Notes under the pieces: generated by a model
Database searches by the model: none
Told to the model about the DNA's origin: nothing
Seen by the model: only the letters and a program-made list of their open reading frames with translations
Assembly: GCA_015680685.1 (NCBI GenBank)
Contig: MNCI01002140.1
Location: 127,797-191,796, forward strand
Direction: 5' to 3'
Origin: Gnetum montanum
Taxonomy: Eukaryota > Plantae > Gnetophyta
DNA length: 64,000 nucleotides
Shown: positions 41,690 through 51,745 of the stretch, piece after piece
Layout of the letters: each line of letters opens with the position of its first letter
Numbering within the stretch: position 1 is the first letter of the stretch
Position numbers and translations under genes: made by a program

Positions 41690-42007
41690 AAAATGAACAA
41701 TGAGTCGTGGACCATCGACCTCGACTCAATAGAGGAAGAGCGTGCACAGACACTGAGACACATAGAGCACTACCAGAGCAAGCAACAGCAAAAGCACCAT
41801 GCAGACCTGCATCGACAGCCAGTACAGAAAGGAGACCTCATCCTCAAGGCTGTCCACGAGCATGTGAGAAAATTCTTAGCCAACTAGGAAGGCCCTTACA
41901 TGGTCACCAAAGCCTTTGGAAATGGAGCCTTCAAGCTGGTGGATATGGATGACAATGAGTTTGCCAACCTGGTGAATCACTCGTACCTCAAGCTGTACTA
42001 GATCTGA
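41690..42007 (+). pseudogene. Integrase C-terminal remnant (GPY/F region)
   Basis: DLDSIEEER..KGDLILK..N*EGPYMV..GNGAFKL..NHSYLKLY, collinear with 57650-57960. Confidence 0.85.
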
Positions 42008-42028
42008 AGCATGGCAGCACCCACCAAT

Positions 42029-42341
42029 GTCCACTACGATGTTAAACTGGCAACAACACCTAGCACCATCCGCTATGATGTTAAACTAGCAACAACCTCG
42101 AGCAGCGTCCACAACGACGTTAAACTAACAACAACAAGCAACATCTGCTATGACGTTAAACTGGCAACAACCGTTTGCTATGACATAAAACTAGCACAGC
42201 TAGTCTGCTATGACTATAAATTGGCACGACACATCCGCTATGATGTTAAACTAGAATGTACGGTCCACTGGGACCTTAAACCATCATGGTAGTCTGTTGG
42301 GACTCTAAACCAGCACATGGTCTACCAAGACCTTAAACTGG
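42029..42341 (+). repeat. Motif array, 10 copies of a ~24-bp motif with 4-15 nt variable spacers
   Basis: Consensus GTCCGCTATGACGTTAAACTRGCA, starting 21 nt after the integrase stop. Confidence 0.9.
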
Positions 42342-43392
42342 GTTCTCTTTACATCCCTAGCATGCATCTACGCCAAGTACGCATCGAATGAGCATGTACG
42401 GTGCTGATGTGTGGGTGGGACATTGCAACTCTAGGATACAGTTCATGATGCAATGGGAACATAATCTAGAACACACATGATGCCACCACCCTTGGCATCA
42501 TCCTGACCCTCTAGAGATGTCGTATGGCATCACACTAGCCCTCTAGACCTACCGTTGTCATGACCCACTGCCCTAATGGTAGTTCCTTGGCTAGTTCCTG
42601 CAGTTGGTGTTCCAGCAGTATTGTGACCTAGCCACAATATTGTTATCCTCCAACTCCATGCCAACACCTTGGCTCGCTCGATGTTTAGCTATGTGGTGGC
42701 CGATCCCATAGCTGAACTGTGAATGCATGCTGTTGGCAGGGATTCTAGAGCATCTGCACTTATAACAACTCTCGACGCCTTCGAGGCCAGCTCCTCCACG
42801 CCGATACTACCAAGGCCACTACTAGCCTTCTTGCTTTGGACACCTTGTGCCAACGTGGATGTCCAAGAGCTTCAACAACGTCTGCAGCAAGTAAGACTCC
42901 TACCCTCACTTCGCATCTCACTCTCTGTTGTGCTTATAGGGTGCGATCGAGAGTACAACTCGCTATAGTAGCAAACGAAAGTGAGTGCCTCGACTAGCCT
43001 GGCTACTTCAGGGTGCAAGTTCCATGACATGCATAATGTAGCTCGTCACATGAGAAGCATCTACAAGCAGGTTAAAATCCCTCGGATGTAACGCAGCTCA
43101 TCCTGGGAAAGGAACACCTGTCCTACAAAGGGTCGAAGGTCAGTGAAGGTAAAGATGGAAACGCAAATAAGTCCCTCATGAGCACTCTGATGAGGGACTT
43201 TGCTAAAAACCATCTTTACCCTTCTCCTAAACCTCATTCCTCCCTACTTCATCCTTTCACTTTTAAGCACAGCCAAGCGACATCCCAGCAGTCACCAAGC
43301 GACAACATCGGCATCATGTCTTTGGTGGTGTTTCGCTTTCTTTGTCAATTTCTCTCAAGCCCATCCTCCAGAAATCGACAAAGAGGGGCCAA

Positions 43393-44872
43393 TGAAACAA
43401 CCCAAAATTTGAAGACATTCTTGCTTCACCAGGCCTTCGTAATTCGTGCAACATTACGACAGTTCTTCAGAAGATGGATGCTCTAATTTTCAAACTATCC
43501 ACTTCAACAAGTTTTCTAAGTTAAGGAGCCTTTCTACGCTACGCTACACCATGTAGCATAGAAAAATTCAGAAGACATTTGCAGAAGCGCAATGCTACAC
43601 TATGCTATGCAATGTAGCATAGCATAGCAAAAGCTGGATGACCAGTCCCCTCGCTTGACTTCAAGTCCTTCAGCAATGTCTCCTTTTGTCAGAAAGCGAC
43701 GAACTTGGCCGACATTAGGTCATGTTTGCTACTACGCTATGCTTAGCTACATGGCACAACGAAGCGTAGAAATTCTGTGAAAGTTGATAGGAGGCAACTC
43801 AAAGGGTGAAATCAGCAAGTTCGCAAGTTCCATAGTGCAAAAATGCAAATTTTACAGATTGGTGACATTTTTGCAACTAAGGCCAGTCGCTATGCTACGT
43901 AGCGTACCGTAGCATAGCACACATGCTATGAACAGCCTACACATTTCAAAGGCTTTCTACACATGCAACAAGACACGTAACAAGATGCTATACTACGCCA
44001 ACATGCTATGCTACAAAGCATAGTAAAGTGGCAAGTGGTTACGTGACATTAATGCACCTCACCTAATTGCACCGTTGCTCTGACAATGTAATTACGATGC
44101 GGCAGGCCCGTAATTATAGCGTGGTAGGCTCGCCCGATGGTCATACAGGCACGTGTAGCATAGACAGGTCAGCATAGGCCCAAGGCACGTGGCGTTCAAA
44201 CCACATCTTCCATGCGTCCTTGGTCCTATAAATACTCCAATGAGTGACACTTAAACTCTCCCTAGCTCTCTCTCTCCGATCCTTTTTCGCATGATCCTCT
44301 GGTTCGCCCTCTGAAAAATTTTGGCTCTCTAGCATTCTCTGGCATTGTAAGCTTTCTGTTTAGACATTGTAAACAGTTAGCATTCTCAGTTGGCATTTAA
44401 TTCTGTTCTTTTCTACCACCTTGGTAGAACTTCGCATTGTTAACACCGAAGTCCACGTTCGAGCACACAACCCTCTTGCTCTACACGTCTTGGTTACTCT
44501 CGAGATCTCTACACTTCCCAACGTTGTGCAACCGATTGTATCCATCCTGACAGAGCGAGGTCATAGCTTCGAAGTGGTGCACTTTTCTAATTGCATTTCT
44601 ACATTATCTCTTGTTTACTATTGCATTTTAACTTGTTTCCTATTTCTTTTGCATTTAAACATTACTTCGAGCTACCAATCTCACTTTCAAATCACACGTT
44701 GCAAAAGGTTATATAGACATTGACTAAGTCCCTGTCTGATCGTCTAGACCATTCAGGGTGCCCCGTTTTCATTCCATCCATCACGGCCCTCCCATGGAGA
44801 TAGGGTCAAGACTACCTAGCGGCCTACAGTCCCTCGGCGTTTTTCCAGCCGCTGATGTTTTTGGTCGCTACA
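43393..44872 (+). repeat. 3' LTR of E (1480 bp)
   Basis: TGAAAC...GCTACA; PPT 43380-43392; TATA CTATAAATA ~44226; TSD follows. Confidence 0.9.
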
Positions 44873-45096
44873 CCCCTCACTTCTACATATCCTACCTACT
44901 TGCACTTTCTTTGTGCATTTACATTTTCCTTGGTTGTTTTCATTTTGCATTATTTACTTTATTGCGCATTTGTTTCTTTTGTTGGTGCATTTTTCTTAGT
45001 TTACGTCTTATTTATTTTAGTAGTTATTAGCTTCCTTATGAAAAAAATTAAAATACATAGAAATCATAAAATTTGAAAATTCCAAAAAAATACATG

Positions 45097-45300
45097 GCCC
45101 ACCATGGCCTAAAACTAGCAATCTCCCTTGCATCACATCACCCAAAATGGTCCTAAATTAGCACATGATCCACCATGGCTCTAAACTGGCATCGCACATC
45201 CTGCCATGACCTAAAACTAGAGATACTTCTCCTTTCAATGCATGGTCCAAAATGAACTAAAACTAGTAATCACGTGACCCGAAATGTCCTTAAACTAGCA
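45097..45300 (+). repeat. Motif array, 6 copies, in the D2 spacer downstream of gag-PR
   Basis: e.g. GCCCACCATGGCCTAAAACTAGCA and ACCCAAAATGGTCCTAAATTAGCA. Confidence 0.8.
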
Positions 45301-45512
45301 TCAACTCATAGTGGCCTAGTCGCATCAAATTCATTGCATTATTAGCAATGAAACACATAATAAATAAACACAAAATTCTACACATCATACAATCCATATA
45401 GCAAAATGTCCATTTCATCTCATAGAAGTAACAATACATAGCATGATCATCTGTACCATATAGCAAAAAATACACAAGAATGCAAAAATGTCCAATAGTA
45501 GGGCTACATCAG

Positions 45513-46833
45513 TGAAACACCACAAAATTTTGGCCTAACACTTTCAAACAAAATTCAAGCTAAGCCATGTTGTTGCCCAACATAAGTACAACATGACCAA
45601 ATTTGAGAGTCTCCAAAACGGCATGGAATGACATTCAATGGAGCAAGCAAGGTCCCCCTGGGACCCATAGGCAACTACACCAGTTTTTGGCATCTAGAAT
45701 CAAAGGTTTCGAGCTCAAAATACTTTGTCTTCACTGGGCACACTTTGGTTACATTTTCTTACGCTGCACAGCGTAAGGCTTAGCGTCACCAACTTTGGAG
45801 CCCCGAAACTGAGCCAAAACAAGCCAAAATTGAGCACAAGGTCCCCAGCCCTCAGAATCCTGATTTCGGGCTCAAAAATACACTATTTTCACTACTCATG
45901 CCCAACTCATGCTCACACCCAGGTCACATCCAACTCACGCCCAGCTCATGCTGACAGCGTGAGCTACCAAAAATGGCCTAGAACATATCAGATGCATGTT
46001 GAAAACACACCAAGGCAAGATCTAGCAGCTGATCCAAGCGAGCTGGAATCAAATTTTGAATTCATTTTTAATGTTCATTGTAAGATTCGCAATTTGTAAA
46101 TTTTCCAAGCTCTTATGCTGCTTCCATGGGCGTAAGATAGCTTGCGTTGTAAGATACAGTGCACCCGGTCTAGAACGTAGTTTGCCCATGTACACCTGTC
46201 ATGCGATCCATTTTTCTTTCATCTCATAGCTGTTGATCTAATTCATTCCTATGCCCAAGAGAAGTAGATAAATACCCTATTCAAACACATAAAAGGGGTT
46301 GGCAAATGTTGGCAGAAATTTAGCAAGAAACCAACAATCCTGAGCCCGGACACACATGATTCCCAGCGCCTGCAAACACCACGCATCAGGGCTTGACTTC
46401 TGACTTGCAACGCAACTACATTTTGACCAGTGCACATTTTTGTCAATTAATAAAATACAGTTTCATTTTTGCCATTCGTTGCCTTGTTTTGATTTATTTT
46501 CTGCATTTTCCATTCCATTGCATCTTCCTGCGTACATTTTGTTTACGTTTACATCCTGTTACGTTCATTATGCTCAGTTACATTCATTACGCTCTATTAT
46601 TTTTGTTACGCTATGTTAGTTTCTCTATTTTATGCTTGTGACGATAACCCTAGCACAGGCAATAACGTACGCTTGGGGAAGTCCTTGGTTGATCTGCGTG
46701 CAGACCATCCAAGGCACTCTGCCTTCATTTTTCCAGCGTGCCCTCACGTGAAGGCAGGGTCGTCTATATCTCTCCGGAGATCTTTCGACGTTTTTTTCCT
46801 TCCAGCCTTATGCCGATGATTTCGGACAGTACA
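45513..46833 (+). repeat. 5' LTR of F
   Basis: TGAAACAC...CAGTACA; collinear with 59368-60728. Confidence 0.95.
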
Positions 46834-46838
46834 GAAAT

Positions 46839-46854
46839 TGGCACTAGAAGGAGG
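46839..46854 (+). promoter_or_regulatory. Primer-binding site of F
   Basis: TGGCACTAGAAGGAGG, 5 nt after the LTR; same motif at 39155 and 29663. Confidence 0.8.
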
Positions 46855-46982
46855 ACTTCTTCTTTCCATTTGAAAAACCCTTAGTCACCCCGCGCTTCGA
46901 AACGTTGCACAGATCAAGCGCTAAAATCAAAAACCTTATTCACGCTGAACCTGTTCTTGCTAAACTTTCTCATGTTGTAGAT

Positions 46983-47520
46983 TTTTACTCACGCTGAGCT
47001 TGGTTACGCTCAGACCAATTTTACTCACGCTGAGCCTGGTTACACTCAGGCCAGTTTTATTCATGCTGAGCTTGGTTACGCTCAGGCTAGTTTTACTCAC
47101 ACTGAGCTTGGTTACGCTCAAGCCATTTTTACTCATGCTGAGCTTGGTTACACGTAGACTAGTTTCACTCACACTGAGCCTGGTTACGCTCAGACCAATT
47201 TTACTCACGCTGAGCCTGGTTACACTCAGGCCCGTTTTATTCACGCTGAGCTTGGTTACGCTCAGGCTAGTTTTACTCATGCTAAGCTTGGTTACACTCA
47301 GACCAGTTTTACTCATGCTAAGCCTAGTTACGCTTAGACCAGTTTACTCACACTGAGCCTGGTTACGCTCAGACCAATTTTACTCACGCTGGGCCTGGTT
47401 ACGCTCAGACCAATTTTACTCACGCTGAGCTTGGTTACGCTCAGGCTAGTTTTACTCATGCTAAGCTTGGTTACACTCAGACCAGTTTTACTTACACTGA
47501 GCCTGGTTATCCTTAGCCCA
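46983..47520 (+). repeat. 36-bp tandem repeat, ~15 copies, in the F leader
   Basis: Unit TTTTACTCACGCTGAGCTTGGTTACGCTCAGACCAA with internal inverted repeat CTGAGC-N8-GCTCAG. Confidence 0.95.
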
Positions 47521-47586
47521 ATCTGCTCAAGTTAGCCTTACATATGCTCCTTACATAAATTTAGCTAGTCAAACCAGTTATACACA

Positions 47587-50500
47587 TGGAAGCTTCCTAG
47601 ATCAAAGCAACATTGCCCATCTCTAACCTTAATGCTGAAATCCCAAATCCTGTGAGCACAACCGAATCCATAGTCGCCGTTGGAGAGATGAACCTTCAAG
47701 GACCAACTCGTCGGTCACTTAGGTTATAAGGCAAAGACCCCTCCTATATAGTTCTCACCTCAGAACAATACAATTTCATCTGTGTAAAGATCCAAGCCAA
47801 TTTACCCACTGATCGTGTAGAAATAGAAGCAAAAAGACATTTTGAGCTCATTTATAAGAGGGGCCACAAATTTATCCGTTATACCATACTCTCATGGGGA
47901 TTCATATCATACTCTCAGTCCACATACTTATGCGAATCCATTATTCTACCCTTTCATTGGGGAGACCATGTCTCTCCATTCATTTAAGACCACTCAAACA
48001 CACGTGCCCCAACAAGAAGTGTCTAGTCTTATTCCCACTCTTCCTATGATCAACTCCCAATTCACTATGCCCATCCCCACTATCCCTCCAATTACTACCT
48101 TACCCTCCCTCTTGCAAGTACAACCCCAACAAGCCCCCTCTCAAATTAATATGAGAGCAACTTTCCCATCCCAAATAATTGGGATGCCATCTGTCATACC
48201 TGCTACCACATCTACACACTTCATCCCACGAGTACAGGTTCATACCACACCCTTGGCTCCTCCAGTACAACACCAGGTACAAAGTCTCCATGCACAATCC
48301 ACAGTTGGGAAATGGCTTGCCCTTGTTGCTCAACAACAACAACAACCCACACCTTACGGTATGCCACCCTTAGTAGCATCCACTATAAATATGCCACAAG
48401 TGCAACCTCCGATCACTCAACAATCATCATTCCGACCAATTGTACAACAGTCTAATTTGTATGGCACTCAAACTAACCAACCTCCCCCTTTACCTAGTGC
48501 CCAAGACTGGGCTGAAGCTAAAAAAATGATGCAAGAGCTAGCCGACGAGGTAAAACGCCTCAAAACCACTAAGAATGAAGAGCTTAAAGTATTAGACTTT
48601 TACCAAGATGATCCTATTAGCTCTTTGGTATCACAGTTAACCTTACCCAAAGGAGTTTCNATACCAAAGAGCTAATAGGATCATCTTGGTAAAAGTCTAA
48701 TNCTTTGGTATCACAGTTAACCTTACCCAAAGGAGTTTCTTTGCCTCAATTAACCAAATACAATGGGGAAGGAGACCCTAATGCTCATCTAGTCACATTT
48801 AGACTAGAATGCTTGTTGCTTCAAGCTTGGCCCCATGCAATCTTGCATGTGTTTGCCATGTCCCTCACTAGTAGAGCATTAGACTGGTACTGAGCCTTGC
48901 CTCATAACTCCATATCCTCCTTGGAGGACCTCTTACACTAGTTCATTACTAGGTTTAAATACAACCTAAAACCTGAAGCAACCTTGGACAGTTTAATATA
49001 GGTGAAACAAGTGCCCCTTGAACTTGTACAAAAATTCATCCAAAGATGGAGTGCCGCACTCAATGAACTTCATGAGCCAATCCTAGAAACATACCTTCTT
49101 ACGATTCTTAAGGGAGCCATGAATGATTTCATCAAATCAAAACTATACTACCTAAATGCGTGCACTCTAAGCCAAGCTTTTGTATAGATTAAAAACATAG
49201 AAGAGGCAGCTCAAAATAGCCATGTCCCTGCCTACTTAGCCTTTAGAAATCAACACACTAAAAAGGATAAAGAAAAGGCTAAAGCAACAGTAGCAGTAGT
49301 AGCAGAGACTCAACCTCCCAACATGAAAGAGCAAGGCAGATCACCTACTGCTCCTGTTAACTACGAGAGAACTGCTCCTGCACATACAACTGAATCATCT
49401 TCCATGCAAGCTAATAACATAGGTCATACATGTACGTTCGAGAGGAAGGACCCCGCTCACTACACACCGCTCCCCATGAAGCCTTCTCAATTGTTAGATC
49501 AACTTTTGAAGGCTAGGGCCATTAAACATAAGCAGTTGTCCCTAGCGGCAGACCAGAGAAATGATCGATTCTGTCAATTGGCCCAAAACCCAAGCTTGGC
49601 AACTCCAAATGAGCCTCCTATTCCAAGAGGCTTTAGATTCGACGGAATGGGCATGGTACTGATTATTGTTTCACTCTCAAACAAGACATACAACGTATGA
49701 TTGATAGGGGTGAAGTAACATTTGATGATGCCAACCCAGTTAAACCGCAGAATCAATCTATGGATGTGTACATAGATCCCCTTAATACTAAGGAAGCTCC
49801 TTACATCATTAACACGATCAATATTGGAAATGAGCAAGGAATGCCCAGAAAACCGTTCGTGATTCATGTTCCTCCTACAGCATCAACATCATCCCCACAA
49901 TCTTCGTATCCCACATACAATCCGCCTACACCTACAAAACCATTCTTCGTTCGTGTACCCCCTGTCAATGCAACTGTAAATGTGCAACCGCCTACTCGGC
50001 CCACTCCCTTTGTGGTCCTGGTACCACCCACGGTCGCAACTACAGAGGTACAATTACAAAACCGACCAACTCCCTTCATGATTAGGGTACCCAAACACCC
50101 TGGTCTTCAAAATCCACCTCCTCAACCGCAAACCAAATCAACCCCATTTGTCATTAGGGTGCCTCAATGCCTTGACACATAATCATCTCCAACTGTTCAA
50201 CTGCAACCTTGACCTGCTCTATTCATCATTTGAGTCCCAAAACAACATGATGTTCAAGCTCCAACGGCTCCCCCACGACCTTCACGAGAACGTCTTGCTG
50301 ATAGACTCACTAGGGAACGGTTGGAAAAGGAACGTCGAAGTCTTGAATTGGGGCCACCAAAACCCACTCCCTTAAACGTTGTACCTATGGTTCCGACAAC
50401 TGATGAGTCGAGCATAAATCACAAAAGTAAAACATCAGGAATGCCAGATACGAAAAACCCAACTGTCACGTTAAACCACGTGAAAACCACTCCACAAGAG

Positions 50501-51549
50501 ATACAGCTATTGGGTCCAATGGACCAAGTCTCAATGAACATACCAAACAGTAAAGACTTAGCCAGTGCCCTAACTCAGGTCACACAGGCACTAAAACAAA
50601 AAAATACATCCTTAAGTCTGTATGATCTAGTGATGACTTCTCAGGTGCACCGTGAAGCCTTGGTATGAATGCTCACTTCGATCCAGGTTAGTGAGGACCT
50701 ACCTACCACTAAATCATCAATTCATGCAGTGATGTCTCCACAACAAAGATCAGGTTCCGCATCACTAGGCTTTCATCCCGAAAACATTAAAATAGATGAA
50801 AACATGGAAGAAATTACCACTGCCCCTATGTTCATAACCATTCAAGTAAACTAGTTTAAAATACATAGGGTGCATGTTGACGATGGGCAGCCACTAATGT
50901 AATACCTTTTCCCATCATCGAAAAATTAGGCCTCATGGAGCAGATTCACCCAACGGCAACAACGTTCCTAAAATCTCTTAGTGGGTCACGTGTCGTGGTT
51001 AAAGGCACAATCACTTTGGATTTCATAGCAGGGGACCGGTTCCCCACATCAGTTGAATTTGTAGTCGTAGACGAGATGCCTAGATTTAACTTGATATTGG
51101 GGCGACCATGGTTAGCCCAATTAAAAGAAGTTTCCTCACCCATCCACCAAGAGATTCACTTACCCTATGAAGGTGGTGAAATCATCATACATGGTGATAT
51201 GGCTACACTCAACACCTTAGCACACGTAGGCACAAACCAATGCTTAGAGGTTGAAATCGATGAGACTAAACAAGATGACATTACCCTCAAGCTTAAATAA
51301 GACGCCACGCCCATGGGAAACCAAGGTGATAACCAATCCCCAAACCGTGATCCCTTGGAAGATATAGAAACATCACAAAACATGGAAACATCAGGACACA
51401 CTAACATAGGGGTCATTCCCCCAAATGTCTCATGGTCAGAATTACCATTTAACATAATTAGCGAAGGAGATGTCGAATATACAATTACACCGACATGCCC
51501 AACACGTCATGTCAATCTGCGAAAATTAAAGAAGTTACTCAACCATTAA
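47587..51549 (+). pseudogene. gag-protease of F
   Basis: P/Q-rich N-terminus, gag core KYNGEGDPNAHL..RALDWY, protease VHVDDG..TNVI and FNLILGRPWL; stops and frameshifts; ends TAA 51547-51549. Start approximate. Confidence 0.9.
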
Positions 51550-51559
51550 ACAACTACTC

Positions 51560-51745
51560 GTCCGAAATGACGTTAAACTACTACTTGTCCGAAATGACGC
51601 TAAACTACTATCTTCCGAAATGACGTTAAACTAATACTCGTCCGAAATTATGCTAAACTATTATCGTTCGAAATGACACTAAACTACTATTGTCCGAAAT
51701 GACATTAAACTACTACCATGTCCACAATGACATAAAACTAGCCAC
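51560..51745 (+). repeat. Motif array, 7 x ~26 bp, directly after the gag-PR stop
   Basis: GTCCGAAATGACGTTAAACTACTA units; three more dispersed copies at 51829, 52108 and 52138. Confidence 0.9.

Larger units (their letters stand above)
33928..44872 (+). mobile_element. Element E: rearranged, chimeric Tat-clade element
   Basis: Perfect TSD CCCCT (33923-33927, 44873-44877); LTR copies 33928-34753 (truncated) and 43393-44872; PPT AAAGAGGGGCCAA; contains two gags and an internal foreign LTR; no RT. Confidence 0.85.

Noticed and set aside
42011-42292. 93-aa ORF with YDVKLA repeats
   Set aside because: Translation of the motif array; sister arrays have 26-29 bp periods that do not keep a frame.
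42029-42341. CRISPR array (repeat plus variable spacer look)
   Set aside because: Repeats are degenerate, spacers are only 2-15 nt, there are no cas genes, and the arrays lie inside plant retrotransposon UTRs.
46960-47356. 118-aa repetitive ORFs on both strands
   Set aside because: By-product of a 36-bp (multiple of 3) tandem repeat; no coding evidence.
48660-48740. 41-bp inverted repeat plus direct duplication in F gag
   Set aside because: 48661-48701 is the reverse complement of 48590-48630 and is bounded by single Ns, typical of a scaffolding or gap-fill artifact.
51560-51745. Hammerhead or other self-cleaving ribozyme
   Set aside because: No CUGANGA plus GAAA core with flanking stems could be found in the units.
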